A stretch of DNA of 64,000 bases from Alphaproteobacteria bacterium. Lineage in GTDB: Bacteria; Pseudomonadota; Alphaproteobacteria; MPNO01. Below are positions 30,671 through 41,000 of the stretch, piece by piece (within the stretch, counting starts at the first letter, position 1; each line of letters starts with the position of its first letter). The notes beneath the pieces were generated by a model. It made no database searches. It was not told the DNA's origin and saw only the letters and a program-made list of their open reading frames with translations. The DNA lies in contig CBDFLJ010000001.1 in assembly GCA_965248835.1 (NCBI GenBank), forward strand, positions 704,001-768,000, read 5' to 3'. The position numbers and the translations under genes were made by a program.

Positions 30671-31539
30671 AGATCGTCGTCACCGGGGGCTCGGGCAAGC
30701 TCGGCCATTGGATCGTCCGCGAGCTGGTCTCGGACGCGGGCGGCCAGGCTGCGCACGAGGTCCTGAACTTCGACCGCGCGCCCGACCCGCTGGGCTCGGA
30801 CACCCGGCTGCTCCGCGGCGACATCACCGATCTCGGCCAGGTCGTGGGCGCGCTCGCCGGTGCGGATGCGGTCATCCACGCCGCCGGCATCCCCACTCAT
30901 TCGGTGGCGCCGAACGAGGTGATCTTCGCGACCAACGCCGTGGGAACCTTCAACGTCCACGAGGCGGCCTGGCGGCTCGGCGTCACCCGTGTCGTCACGC
31001 TGAGCAGCGAGGCGGTGCTGGGCTGGGCACCGGGCGCACGGTCGCGCGAGTTCCTGCCGTCCTACCTGCCGATCGACGAGGACCACCCTTGCGGCGCCCA
31101 GGATGCCTATGGCCTGTCGAAGATCGCGGCCGAGGCGGTCGCGCGGTCGTATACCGCCAAGTGCGGCATGGAGACGGTGCTGATCCGCCCGCCCTGGATC
31201 GCCTCGCGGGAGGAGCTGCTGGAAGTCCGCCGCTGTGGCGGGCGCACGGCCACCGAATTCGGCCCCTGCCACTACATCGAAGTCCGCGACCTTGCGGCGG
31301 CACTGCGCAAGGCCGTCGAGCGGCCGATCCAGGGATGCCAGACGATGTTCGTCGGGGCCGGCGAGAGCACCGTCGCCGAGCCGCTGTCGGAACTCTACCC
31401 CCGCCTGCTGCCCGACATCGGCGACATGGCGGCGGGCCTGACGGGCACCGCGGCCTGGGTCAGCACCGCCCGCGCCCGCCGTGTGCTCGACTGGGCGCCG
31501 CGGCGATCCTGGCGCAACGACCCGCAGACATGGGTCTAG
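30667..31539 (+). CDS. NAD-dependent epimerase/dehydratase
   Basis: VTGGSGKLG, VIHAAG, YGLSK; 4-nt overlap with the K+ channel gene. Confidence 0.9.
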   Translation: MKIVVTGGSGKLGHWIVRELVSDAGGQAAHEVLNFDRAPDPLGSDTRLLRGDITDLGQVVGALAGADAVIHAAGIPTHSVAPNEVIFATNAVGTFNVHEAAWRLGVTRVVTLSSEAVLGWAPGARSREFLPSYLPIDEDHPCGAQDAYGLSKIAAEAVARSYTAKCGMETVLIRPPWIASREELLEVRRCGGRTATEFGPCHYIEVRDLAAALRKAVERPIQGCQTMFVGAGESTVAEPLSELYPRLLPDIGDMAAGLTGTAAWVSTARARRVLDWAPRRSWRNDPQTWV

Positions 31540-31575
31540 GACGGGTTGCGATCGCGCCGGGCCGACCGGAATTCG

Positions 31576-31992
31576 CTATGCGCTTGCGGCGTCCGCCGCG
31601 CCCGCGTAGCTGGTCAGGTCGATGTATTCGAGCATCGTGCCGTCGGGGTCGCGGAAATACGCACGCGGGCCGTTGACCACACCGCCCTGGCGGTCCTCCT
31701 CGAAGGTGATCTCGACGCCGTTCGCCCGCAGGTGGTCAAGCGCCGCCCCGTAGGCCGACGAATCGACCATGAAGGAATGATGGACGCCTTCATGGGTGTC
31801 GAGCACCGAGTTGATCGGCCCCTCGCGAGCAACCAGGATCAGGCACACCCCGCCGGCATCGAGGAAACACAACGCGTTGTTGGGGATGGTGAACAGGTGC
31901 TTGCAGCCGACGATGTCGGTGTAGAACGCGCGGCTTCGGTCAATGTCGGTGACCGGGATACTGAAATGGGCGACGCCCAGGATCTCGACCAT
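31576..31992 (-). CDS. VOC (glyoxalase/bleomycin resistance/dioxygenase) family protein
   Basis: GVAHFSIPV, FYTDIVG, HHSF, YFRDPDGTMLE; GGAGGGAG RBS. Confidence 0.85.
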   Translation of the reverse strand: MVEILGVAHFSIPVTDIDRSRAFYTDIVGCKHLFTIPNNALCFLDAGGVCLILVAREGPINSVLDTHEGVHHSFMVDSSAYGAALDHLRANGVEITFEEDRQGGVVNGPRAYFRDPDGTMLEYIDLTSYAGAADAASA

Positions 31993-32009
31993 CCGCTCCC
32001 TCCCTGATT

Positions 32010-32165
32010 TCAGCCTTTGCTTCGCAACATCCGACGCACAAGGTAGACGCAAAGCCCCGCCAAACCAAGGATCAGCAGCCACTTGAGCGCGGCCAGGAGG
32101 CTCCAGAGCTGCCACAAGACGAACGCGGCAAGCACCAGGACGGCAATCAGGACGGTTGCGCTCAT
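32010..32165 (-). CDS. Small membrane protein (51 aa), not in ORF track
   Basis: MSATVLIAVLVLAAFVLWQLWSLLAALKWLLILGLAGLCVYLVRRMLRSKG*; ATG 3 nt after the upstream stop; fills the gap between two genes. Confidence 0.7.
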   Translation of the reverse strand: MSATVLIAVLVLAAFVLWQLWSLLAALKWLLILGLAGLCVYLVRRMLRSKG

Positions 32166-32168
32166 TGC

Positions 32169-32639
32169 TCAGAAGGGCACCGACAGGCCGTCCATGACAC
32201 TGTCGCAATTGACCAGATCGACTCGCTTCCAGCCGATCGCGAAGCCGCCGTCGCGCGCAACGAGCCCGTGCCGCAAGGTCCCGCCGAACAACCGCTGCTT
32301 GTCGCGGCGGTATTCGATCATCTGGAATTTCGAACGCACCACGATGCCGTCCCCACCCGGCTCCAGGCTCGCGTTGGCGATCATCCGCGAGGTTCGGGAC
32401 GGCGGCGCCTGGGCATGCGCGCCCGCACCCATCAGCCGGCGGACCCGGGTCTCCAGCAGCTTGCGGTCGTCGTAGATCAGCGAGACGGTGTCCAACGGGC
32501 TGGCCTGTTCCGGCTCGGACGGCACCCAGTACCAGGCGTCCGCGGTGAACAGGTCCAGCCAGTCGGCGTAGCGCGCCTCGTCCAGGAGCCGCGCCTCATG
32601 GACCATGAACGCCTCGATCGGGGCCATATCGACGCTCAT
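32169..32639 (-). CDS. Aromatic ring-hydroxylating dioxygenase beta subunit
   Basis: EARLLD..YADWLDLF..YWVP, KRVDLVNCD. Confidence 0.9.
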   Translation of the reverse strand: MSVDMAPIEAFMVHEARLLDEARYADWLDLFTADAWYWVPSEPEQASPLDTVSLIYDDRKLLETRVRRLMGAGAHAQAPPSRTSRMIANASLEPGGDGIVVRSKFQMIEYRRDKQRLFGGTLRHGLVARDGGFAIGWKRVDLVNCDSVMDGLSVPF

Positions 32640-33958
32640 GGTGCGGTCATCAGGTCGAGCCAAGCCTCGAACATGTTGCGGATGTAAACCTCGCTGGTCG
32701 AATTCAGACCGCGCCGCCCGCCGTGCTCGTCGGGCTGATCGGAGGTGTAGCCGCGGCCGATCTCCAGCCATTCGAGGCCTCGGCTGCGCAGCCCGGTGCC
32801 GATCCGGCCATAGGTCTCCAGATCATCGGTCAGCACCGGCGAGCCGGTGCCGTTGACGACGTTGGCGAAGCGGATCGTGTCCCGGAACATCGTCTCGGGC
32901 GCGCCGGCCATGCGGAAGCAGAACGTGTGGACCTCGGTCCGGTCGACCGCGACGGGATGGACCACGCGGAGCTGGCGGAACTGGCTCATGAACGAGCAGT
33001 TGGGATAGATGTTGGAGTTCCAGCGTCCGACTTCGAGGATCTCCTTGGCGCGCGCGACGCCCTGTTTCCGCTCGAGGAGGGCGACGTATTCCGCGAACGC
33101 GGGGTCGCGCTTGGCCGCGACCAGCCTCTCGTCGTCGTGGTAGTCGCCCAGATAGCTATGGCCGTTGGGGTAGGTCCAGATGCCGACCTCGTTCTCCCAG
33201 AAGGCGTAAGGCGCGCCGTTCTGGCGCATCTGGCGGACCGCGATCTCGCCGGCGCCATCGGTATTGACCGCGTCGTCCTGGGCGCGCGCGGCCTCGATCG
33301 AGGACTGGTGAACGAAGGTCGGGTGCGCGGCATCGCACAGGTTCTCGAGATAGAGCTTCCAGTTGCCGTCATAGGCGTGCTTATGCACCCCGCCGGCGAC
33401 GGTCAGCGCGCCGTCCGGCGCCCGGTCGATCATGTCGTCGAACGAGGTGGCCATATGGCCGAGAAACGCGGTCAGGCTCGGCCCGTCTCGGGCCATGCTG
33501 GCGAAGACGAACCCGCGGTAGCTCTCGACCCGGGCGAGCGCGGCCATGCCGAGCTTGTCGCCGGTCGCCTCGAAATGGTCTGGATAGCCGTGGTTGAGCG
33601 GCACCGACTTGATGCGGCCGTCGGTCTCGTAGGTCCAGCCGTGATAGCAGCAGACGAAAACCTCGGCGTTGCCGCGCTCGAGCCCGACCACCTGGGCGCC
33701 GCGATGGGCGCAGCGGTTGTAGAGGACGTGGACGGTTCCATCCTTGTGGCGCACCATGACCACCGGCTGGCGGCCGATCCGGGTGGTAAGGAAATCGCCC
33801 GGCTCGGGCACTTGGCTGTCGTGGCCGACATAGATCCAGGCCCGCCCGAAGATCCTTTCGAGCTCAAGCTCGAAGATCTCCGGATCGGTGTAGAGCCTGC
33901 GGTGGACCCGGCCGGGACGGACCAGGTCCCTGAACTCGATGTCGTTTGATGCTGCCAT
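32636..33958 (-). CDS. Aromatic ring-hydroxylating dioxygenase alpha subunit
   Basis: Rieske NRCAHRG...CCYHGW; NWKLYLENLCDAAHPTFVH (Fe ligands); DDLE. Confidence 0.9.
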   Translation of the reverse strand: MAASNDIEFRDLVRPGRVHRRLYTDPEIFELELERIFGRAWIYVGHDSQVPEPGDFLTTRIGRQPVVMVRHKDGTVHVLYNRCAHRGAQVVGLERGNAEVFVCCYHGWTYETDGRIKSVPLNHGYPDHFEATGDKLGMAALARVESYRGFVFASMARDGPSLTAFLGHMATSFDDMIDRAPDGALTVAGGVHKHAYDGNWKLYLENLCDAAHPTFVHQSSIEAARAQDDAVNTDGAGEIAVRQMRQNGAPYAFWENEVGIWTYPNGHSYLGDYHDDERLVAAKRDPAFAEYVALLERKQGVARAKEILEVGRWNSNIYPNCSFMSQFRQLRVVHPVAVDRTEVHTFCFRMAGAPETMFRDTIRFANVVNGTGSPVLTDDLETYGRIGTGLRSRGLEWLEIGRGYTSDQPDEHGGRRGLNSTSEVYIRNMFEAWLDLMTAP

Positions 33959-34128
33959 CGGCTTGCTTTCCGGCAAAAGTGAACACCTCGCGCACCGGGG
34001 ACAGGTCGCCGAGGGGATCTTTGCACCGCTTGGGATGCTCGGCAAGCCGGTCGGGCTTGTGCGCGACATGCCCGGTCGCGCCGATCAATCGGCAACGACG
34101 CGCCGCAGGCAGATTGCGGTCAGGCGGC

Positions 34129-35481
34129 TCAGCCCAACGCGGACTCGCTCAGCCAGCGGCCCAGGGCGACCAGGCGGTGGTCCTGGCGGTAGAAGCCCAG
34201 GGGCTGGATGCCCAGCGGCATGCCGTCGATCGCGAGCAGCGGCAGGTTGAGCGCGGGCACGCCGAGGACCGATGACGGCTCGCCGTAGACCACGTCGCCG
34301 ACCGGCATGCCGACCGGCGCCGGGTCGACCTGGTTGAGGGTGATGCAGCCATCGAAGCGCTCCGCGAGGCGGGCGTACCGGGCGCGGAAGGCGGCGCACC
34401 ATTCCAGGGCCTCGGCATAGTGCTCCGGTGTGATCGAGGCGAAGTCCGCCGCGCGCCCGTGCACCCGCTCGGACAGGAGCCCGGGGCAGCGCTCGGCGTA
34501 CATCGCAAGCGGGTAGCGCCCCTCATAGGTCAGCAACAGCGCGATCACCGTGCGAAGTTCGACCAGATCCTTCTCCACGGCCTCGATCTCGGGGTCGGTG
34601 CGGCGGTCGGCGATCTCGATCCGCTGATCGGTGAGCGTCGCAAGATAGGTCTCGAAGGCAGTTTTGACCGGCGCCTCGGTCGCGCTCCACCCGGCGGTGT
34701 CCAGGCGGGCCAACCGCTTGGGCTTCTCGGCCGGCGGCAGCCCGCGCGGCCCGGCGAGGCTCGGGTGCCCGGGATCGCCACCCGCGGCATGGGAGACCCA
34801 ATGGGACGTCGTCCAGCTATCGGCGAGCGTGCCGGCGAGGAAGCTAAGGTGGACGAGGCTGGGGGCGGACGGAAAGCCGCCCAGCGTGTTGATCGCCCCA
34901 TAGGAGGCCTTGACGACGAAGGCCCCGCAATAGGCCGCCGGGCGCAGCACCGAGCCGCGCACCTGAGTGCCGGTGGCGACCGGCACCATGCCGGCGCCGA
35001 CCGCGGCCCCGCTGCCGCTCGACGAGCCGCCGGGCGTGCGGGCGGCATCCCACGGGTTGCGCGCCGGTCCCGGCCGGGCAAAGGCGAACTCGGTGGTGAC
35101 GGTCTTGCCGATGATCGCCGCGCCGCCTTTGCGCAGCGCGTGGACCGCCGCCCCGTCCCAGCCGGTCCGGTTGCCGCGCAGCACCGGGCTGCCGGCCTCC
35201 ATCGGCATGTCCTCGGTGTCGTGGACATCCTTGATCGCGATCGGCAGCCCGTCGATGTCGGACGCCGGCCGGCCGGCGCGGTAGCGCTCCGAGGACGCGT
35301 CGGCCGCCTTGCGCGCGCCCTCGAAGTTCAGCGCGACAAACGCCTGAAGCTCCGACTCGCGGGCCTCGATGGCGGCGATGCAACGCTCCAGGAAAGCCCG
35401 CGGGGAATCCGTGCCGTCGACAAAGGCGGGCCGCACGGCCTGGAACGAGACCATCCCGGCGTTCTTCGGATCGTAGCCCAT
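34129..35481 (-). CDS. Amidase signature family protein
   Basis: IAIKD, GKTVTTEFA, TPGGSSSGSGAAV, GTQVRGSVLRPA. Confidence 0.9.
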   Translation of the reverse strand: MGYDPKNAGMVSFQAVRPAFVDGTDSPRAFLERCIAAIEARESELQAFVALNFEGARKAADASSERYRAGRPASDIDGLPIAIKDVHDTEDMPMEAGSPVLRGNRTGWDGAAVHALRKGGAAIIGKTVTTEFAFARPGPARNPWDAARTPGGSSSGSGAAVGAGMVPVATGTQVRGSVLRPAAYCGAFVVKASYGAINTLGGFPSAPSLVHLSFLAGTLADSWTTSHWVSHAAGGDPGHPSLAGPRGLPPAEKPKRLARLDTAGWSATEAPVKTAFETYLATLTDQRIEIADRRTDPEIEAVEKDLVELRTVIALLLTYEGRYPLAMYAERCPGLLSERVHGRAADFASITPEHYAEALEWCAAFRARYARLAERFDGCITLNQVDPAPVGMPVGDVVYGEPSSVLGVPALNLPLLAIDGMPLGIQPLGFYRQDHRLVALGRWLSESALG

Positions 35482-35619
35482 GTCCCCGCCTTTTGCTGTG
35501 CGGCGGCGAGGCTAGCATATCGGGCGGCGGGACGAGACCGCGCAGAGCGGGCTGGACCGGGCAAGGCCGACGCGATATTGGTCTGGCAACGATCCCGACG
35601 CGCCGCAGCGAGTCCGGCC

Positions 35620-36225
35620 ATGATATCGAGCAATTCGTCGCTCTTCGTTGCTCTTGCGCTCGCGGTCGGTGTCTGCGTGCCGCTCGCACGCGCCCAGACC
35701 GACCGGCCGGAAATTTCCGGCACGCTGACGGGCTTTTCGTGTGCGTCCTTGCCCGCCGCGCCGCGTGTCGCCGTCGAAGCGCAGGAAGACTCCGCGGCGT
35801 TCCGCCGCCTGAAGCAGGTCTTCATTTCCGGCTTGCGGCAGCGCAAGGCGGTCGTCGTCGACGCCGCGCCGCTGCGGGCCAGCCTTTATGTCGATTCCAT
35901 GCGTGAGAACAACGCCCCGTTGACCGGCCGGGTGCCGCACCCGGTGCGCAACCTCAATCCCCCCTCGCGGAGCGCTTTCATCGAGCTTTGGTCCAACAAG
36001 CGCACCAGCGTCTTCGGCGGCCGGCGGTCGCGTTCGCTCTCGGTCGACCAGATCCAGGTGTCGATCCTCATTCACGACAGCGCCAGCGGTCGCTGCGTCT
36101 GGCAGGGCGAGGCCGTCCATGCGATCGGCGACCACGACGAGCTCGACATCGCCGAGCAACTCGTCGCCGCTCTGTCCCGGCAGATCGGCGTCACGGTCAG
36201 GGCGAAACCGGTCAGGCTGCGGTGA
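35620..36225 (+). CDS. Hypothetical exported protein
   Basis: Signal peptide (LFVALALAVGVCVPLARA); C-terminal SGRCVWQGEA reminiscent of DUF4136-like proteins. Confidence 0.55.
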   Translation: MISSNSSLFVALALAVGVCVPLARAQTDRPEISGTLTGFSCASLPAAPRVAVEAQEDSAAFRRLKQVFISGLRQRKAVVVDAAPLRASLYVDSMRENNAPLTGRVPHPVRNLNPPSRSAFIELWSNKRTSVFGGRRSRSLSVDQIQVSILIHDSASGRCVWQGEAVHAIGDHDELDIAEQLVAALSRQIGVTVRAKPVRLR

Positions 36226-36233
36226 GGAACGCC

Positions 36234-36527
36234 GTGAACACGACGCTCCGCGCGGCCGAGGCGGCAGTGGTCGCGGGTTGCCTTTTGCTCGCGCCGGTCC
36301 CGACCGCCCAGGCCCAGCCGGGTCTGGAAGAGACCGAGCAAGCGATCAAGGAGGGCACCAGGCGGATCTTCCGGGCGCTGGAGGCCCTGATGAGGTCGAT
36401 CCCGCAATACCAGACGCCCGAAATCCTGGATAACGGCGATATCATCATCCGCCGGAAGCGGCCGGACCCGTCGGAGGCCGTGCCCGGCGCGCCCGGCATA
36501 CCTGGCGAGGACGAGACGGCGACCTGA
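36234..36527 (+). CDS. Small hypothetical exported protein
   Basis: GTG start after GAGGA; signal peptide ending AQA; YQTPEILDNGDIIIRRK motif. Confidence 0.6.
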   Translation: MNTTLRAAEAAVVAGCLLLAPVPTAQAQPGLEETEQAIKEGTRRIFRALEALMRSIPQYQTPEILDNGDIIIRRKRPDPSEAVPGAPGIPGEDETAT

Positions 36528-36549
36528 ACCCCGATCCGCGAAAGCGAAC

Positions 36550-37461
36550 ATGGAGGCGCCGATGGCGCAGGAGACAATTGCGATCTTGAGCCCCGGCGAC
36601 ATGGGCGGCGGCGTCGGAGCGGCGCTGATCGCGCACGGTCACAGTGTGATCACCTGCGTATCGGGCCGCAGCGCGGCGACCCAGGCGCGCGCCGACCGCC
36701 TCGGGTTCCGGTCGGTGCCCGATATGGACGCGCTGCTTGCCGAGGCCGATCTCGTGCTGTCGATCCTGCCGCCCGAGGCGGCGCCGGACCTCGCGCGCGC
36801 GGTCGCCGCAGCCATGCGGCGGTCGGGCCACGCCCCGCCCTATGCCGATTGCAACGCGGTCGCACCGGAAACCGCGCGCGCGATCGGCGCCCTGTTCGAG
36901 GGCACCGGCGCGCCCTTCATCGACGGCGGGATCATCGGCTGGGCGCCGCGCCCGGGTGACGCACCGACGCGGTTCTATGTCAGCGGCGAGGCGGCGGGGC
37001 TGATGGACGTGCTGGACGGCAAAGGCATCTCGGTGCGCCGCACCGGTCCGGAGATCGGCCGCGCCTCGGCGGTCAAGATGTGCTACGCCTCGATCTCCAA
37101 GGGCACCAATACGCTGCACACCGCGGCGATGACGGTCGCCGATGCGCTCGGCGTCGGAGAGGCCGTGCGCGCCGAGATCGGCGAAAGCGCGCCCGCCGTC
37201 ATGGAACGCATGCGCGCCAGCATCCCGCGCTTGCCGGCCGATGCCGGCCGCTGGATCGGCGAGATGGAAGAGATCGCCAAGACCTTCGATTCGGTCGGCG
37301 TCACGACCGGCTTCCACCAGGGCGCGGCGGAGATGTTCCGACTGCTCGACTCCACGCCTTACGGGCGGGAGACCCGTGAGACCATGGATACCGCGCGCAC
37401 CCTGGAAGAGACCATCGCCGCATGCGTGCGCAACCTTCCGGTGCGCGATGCCGCCGAGTGA
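36550..37461 (+). CDS. NAD(P)-dependent oxidoreductase, 6PGD/HIBADH-like with DUF1932
   Basis: ILSPGDMGGGVG, DCNAVAP, DGGIIG, ASAVKMCYA, RWIGEMEEIA. Confidence 0.85.
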   Translation: MEAPMAQETIAILSPGDMGGGVGAALIAHGHSVITCVSGRSAATQARADRLGFRSVPDMDALLAEADLVLSILPPEAAPDLARAVAAAMRRSGHAPPYADCNAVAPETARAIGALFEGTGAPFIDGGIIGWAPRPGDAPTRFYVSGEAAGLMDVLDGKGISVRRTGPEIGRASAVKMCYASISKGTNTLHTAAMTVADALGVGEAVRAEIGESAPAVMERMRASIPRLPADAGRWIGEMEEIAKTFDSVGVTTGFHQGAAEMFRLLDSTPYGRETRETMDTARTLEETIAACVRNLPVRDAAE

Positions 37462-37484
37462 GCGCCCGGAATCGGTCTCCGGGT

Positions 37485-38357
37485 TTACAGCGACATCATC
37501 GCGAGCATCGCCTTGAGGATAGGGCTTTCCGGGTCGTTGAAATGTCTGCGCAACGCGAAATGGTTGACGCCGTGCATCTCGAACGCCTCGACCGGCAGAC
37601 CGCGCGCGCGCCATGCGGCGGCGAAGTCGCGTGACTGGCGGCGGAATTCCTTGTGCTCTGCGCCGCCATAGCCGATGACCAGCGGACAGCCGTCATCGGG
37701 AATTTGCAGGATCGCGCTGTTGCGCCGGGCCGCCGCCTCATCGAGCTTGAGATATTCGTTTCGCGCGCTCAGCCGGACCGGCTCCAAATCGTACATTCCG
37801 CTGCACAGCAGCGCCCCCTTGATCAGGCTGCGCGGCAGACCGTGCAGGGAAGGCCAGTCGGTAACCACCATCATCCCGCCGACATGCCCGCCGGAGGAGT
37901 GGCCGGCGATATAGAGCCTGTCCGGATCGCCGTTGCAGGCGGCGGCGTTGCGGTAGGACCACACGACCGCCTCGCGCGCCTGGCGGATCAGCTCGTCCAG
38001 ACTGACCTTGGGGCAGAGCGAGAAGTTCACCGAAACGAAAGCCGCCCCGGCGGCGACGAAGGACTCGCCCATGAAGCTCTCGATCTCCTTGTCCGAGCGC
38101 GTCCAGGCCCCGCCGTGCATGTAGACCAGGATCGGCGCGCCGGGCGTGGCGGCCGGGAACAGGTCGAGCTTCTGGTCCTCGCCCGGCCCGTAGGCGACGT
38201 CGATCCGACAGTCGAGCGTCTCGCGGACTCGCGTGGACTCCGCCCGATCGGCGGCGATGTAATCCTCCGCATCGGGCACCAGGATGCGCTGGTTGTACTG
38301 GTCGTCGAGCTCTTTCTGGTCGTAGTCGAGATAGATTTTCGGGCCGCCCGCCATCAT
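37485..38357 (-). CDS. Alpha/beta hydrolase (arylformamidase-like)
   Basis: HGGAW oxyanion motif, GHSSGGH, SGMYDLEP, NHF. Confidence 0.85.
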   Translation of the reverse strand: MMAGGPKIYLDYDQKELDDQYNQRILVPDAEDYIAADRAESTRVRETLDCRIDVAYGPGEDQKLDLFPAATPGAPILVYMHGGAWTRSDKEIESFMGESFVAAGAAFVSVNFSLCPKVSLDELIRQAREAVVWSYRNAAACNGDPDRLYIAGHSSGGHVGGMMVVTDWPSLHGLPRSLIKGALLCSGMYDLEPVRLSARNEYLKLDEAAARRNSAILQIPDDGCPLVIGYGGAEHKEFRRQSRDFAAAWRARGLPVEAFEMHGVNHFALRRHFNDPESPILKAMLAMMSL

Positions 38358-38428
38358 CCCTGCCTTCGCTACCGCATCGTTCGGCCGATTCTACAGCCCG
38401 GGCCCGGCGCGCGCATCCATCAGGCGGC

Positions 38429-39313
38429 CTAACCCGGCCGGTCGCCCCTGACGGCGAGATAGAACACCGCGCTACAGATGATCAGCGCGCCGACCAGCGT
38501 CCAGAGGTCGGGGATTTCCGCGAAGACCAGGAAGCCGGCCAGGCTTGCCCAGACCAGCTTGGTGAAATCGGCCGGCAGGACCACCGTCACATCGGTCTCG
38601 CGGAACGCCTGGGCAAGCGTCAGGTGGGCGACACCGCCCAGCGCGCCGATCCCCGCCATGACGCCAAGCTGGTACGGGCTGGGCCATTGCCAGACGAACA
38701 GCGCGAAGAACGCGCTGAACGGGATCTGCAGGAGTGCGGCATAGACCGCGATCGTCAGACTCGATTCGGTCCGCGCAAGCACCTTGATGACCATCAGCGC
38801 ACACGCCCAGATCGCGCAGGAGGCGAGGATCAGCAACCCGCCCGACCCGACCTCGACGACACCGGGGCGCAGGACCACAAGCGCGCCGGCAAACCCCATC
38901 GCCAAGCCGAGGATGCGCACCCGCGTAACCCGCTCGCGCAGGACCAGGATCGCCAGCGCGCTTGCGAACAAAGGCGAGGTGAAGGCCAGCGCATTGACTT
39001 TGGCCAGCGGAATGGACAGCAGCCCGAAAAAAAAGAGATACATCGCGGTCACGTTCAGGACCGCGCGCACCGCGTGCATCCTCAGCTTCTTGGTATGAAA
39101 GGTCCGAAAGCCCGGGCCGAGGAGCCACGGCACCAGCACCAGGAAGCCGAACACGGTGCGGAAGAAGGCGATCTCCAGGATGTGGACATCATCGGCGATC
39201 AGCCGGATCAACACGTTCATCACGACCACCGAGACCGAGGCGATCAGCATCATCGCCACACCGCGGGCCGGCGGCGGCGCGGCGCGGAAGACGGCCACCG
39301 GTTGAAGGCGCAT
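38429..39313 (-). CDS. DMT/EamA family transporter
   Basis: About 10 TM helices; FTSPLF..LAILVLRE, VLRPG, FAEIPD. Confidence 0.85.
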   Translation of the reverse strand: MRLQPVAVFRAAPPPARGVAMMLIASVSVVVMNVLIRLIADDVHILEIAFFRTVFGFLVLVPWLLGPGFRTFHTKKLRMHAVRAVLNVTAMYLFFFGLLSIPLAKVNALAFTSPLFASALAILVLRERVTRVRILGLAMGFAGALVVLRPGVVEVGSGGLLILASCAIWACALMVIKVLARTESSLTIAVYAALLQIPFSAFFALFVWQWPSPYQLGVMAGIGALGGVAHLTLAQAFRETDVTVVLPADFTKLVWASLAGFLVFAEIPDLWTLVGALIICSAVFYLAVRGDRPG

Positions 39314-39435
39314 CGAAGATCCCCATCTCATCGGAAGGCCGCTGCATAGCACGGATCGACTAAGCGTGCAGACGGGCTGGCCAAAACCCGCCTCACCTGC
39401 CGATAATGCGCCGCATTTTCCGGGAGGATGGAATC

Positions 39436-39945
39436 TTGGACAGTTTACTGATCGCCTTTGCCATCGGCCTGGTCATATGGCTGATGATGCGCCGCATCGT
39501 CCAGCAGCGGGCGCGCCAGCGTATGGCCGCCCAGCAGGCGAGGGCCGAGGCCCCGGGTGAAGCGGAGGCGGCGCAGCGCAGCATGCCGCGCATCGGCGCG
39601 CCGGGGACCGTGAGCCGCGCCCAGATGGCCGAACTGCGCGGACACCACATCGAGCCGTCGCGGCAATGGAGCCGCGAGGAGGCGCAGCTCATCCTCGATG
39701 CCGTGTCCTATCTGCACGCGGTGATCGAAGACGAGACCGGAGACGCCGACCCGCCGATCGAGATCCAGAGCAAGGTCCTCGCGTTCATCCTGACCGAGGA
39801 GGCGCTGCGGGAGGCGGTCCTGGACTGGAGCCTCAACCGCACGCACGACGACGACGAGACGCCGGGAAGCCTGCCGCGGGACGAAACCTATGCCCGCATC
39901 GCCGAGTTCGTCACCGAATTGTGGGAAGCCGAGGCCGGCGACTAG
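39436..39945 (+). CDS. Hypothetical membrane-anchored protein
   Basis: Single N-terminal TM helix, basic stretch, then acidic domain; GGAGG before TTG 39436. Confidence 0.6.
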   Translation: MDSLLIAFAIGLVIWLMMRRIVQQRARQRMAAQQARAEAPGEAEAAQRSMPRIGAPGTVSRAQMAELRGHHIEPSRQWSREEAQLILDAVSYLHAVIEDETGDADPPIEIQSKVLAFILTEEALREAVLDWSLNRTHDDDETPGSLPRDETYARIAEFVTELWEAEAGD

Positions 39946-39956
39946 TGATCGGGGCG

Positions 39957-41000
39957 ATGCGGACGGATGCGTTCGACTTCGACCTGCCGGCCGAGCGCAT
40001 CGCCGAGCGGCCGGTGCGCCCGCGCGAGTCCGCCCGCCTGCTCGAGGTCGGCGCATGCCTGCGGGATCTGCGTATCGCCGATCTCCCGGACCTGCTGGCG
40101 CCGAACGATGCGCTGGTGATCAACGACACCAAGGTGATCCCCGCCCGCCTTTCCGGCCGGCGCGGCGCGGCACGGATCGAGACGACTCTGTTGCGGGCGG
40201 TCGGCGAGCCGCCGGAGTGCGAGTGGACCGCGCTCGCCCGCCCGGCGCGGCGGCTGCGGCCGGGCGACCGCATCGACTTCGCCGACGGCTTCTGCGCCGA
40301 GGTGACCGCGCGCGGCGAGGGCGGTGCGCTCAGGCTTCGCTTCCCGGCTGCGCTCGACCTGTTTGCTGCGCTCGAACGCTACGGCCGCGCCCCGCTGCCG
40401 CCCTATATCAAGCGCGCGGACGGACCCGATGCGCGCGATCGGGCCGATTACCAGACCATCTATGCGCGGGCGGCCGGCGCGGTCGCGGCGCCGACCGCCG
40501 GCCTTCACTTGAGCGAGGCGCTGATGGAGCGCATCGCCGCCAAGGGCGCGAAGATCGTCACGGTAACGCTCCACGTCGGCGCCGGCACTTTCCTGCCGGT
40601 CAAGGTGGAGACCGTTTCCGAGCACGTGATGCACGCCGAATGGGGGGCGGTCACCGAAGAGGCCGCCGCCGCGGTGTCCGCCGCGCGGGAAGCGGGCGGA
40701 CGGGTGGTCGCGGTGGGAACGACCTCGCTGAGGCTGCTCGAGTCCGCCGCAAGCGAGAACGGCGCGGTCGCGCCCTTTCGCGGCGACACCAGCCTGTTCA
40801 TCACCCCGGGCTACGGCTTTCGCATCACCGATGCGCTGCTGACCAATTTTCATCTGCCGCGCTCGACGCTGTTCATGCTGGTCGCCGCGTTCAGCGGGCT
40901 GGACCGGATGAAGGCCGCCTACGCGCATGCAAGCGATGCCGGCTACCGGTTCTATTCCTATGGCGATGGCACCTTCCTGCACCGCCTGGACACGGCGTGA
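39957..41000 (+). CDS. queA: S-adenosylmethionine:tRNA ribosyltransferase-isomerase
   Basis: [61 protein letters not shown]. Confidence 0.97.
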   Translation: MRTDAFDFDLPAERIAERPVRPRESARLLEVGACLRDLRIADLPDLLAPNDALVINDTKVIPARLSGRRGAARIETTLLRAVGEPPECEWTALARPARRLRPGDRIDFADGFCAEVTARGEGGALRLRFPAALDLFAALERYGRAPLPPYIKRADGPDARDRADYQTIYARAAGAVAAPTAGLHLSEALMERIAAKGAKIVTVTLHVGAGTFLPVKVETVSEHVMHAEWGAVTEEAAAAVSAAREAGGRVVAVGTTSLRLLESAASENGAVAPFRGDTSLFITPGYGFRITDALLTNFHLPRSTLFMLVAAFSGLDRMKAAYAHASDAGYRFYSYGDGTFLHRLDTA

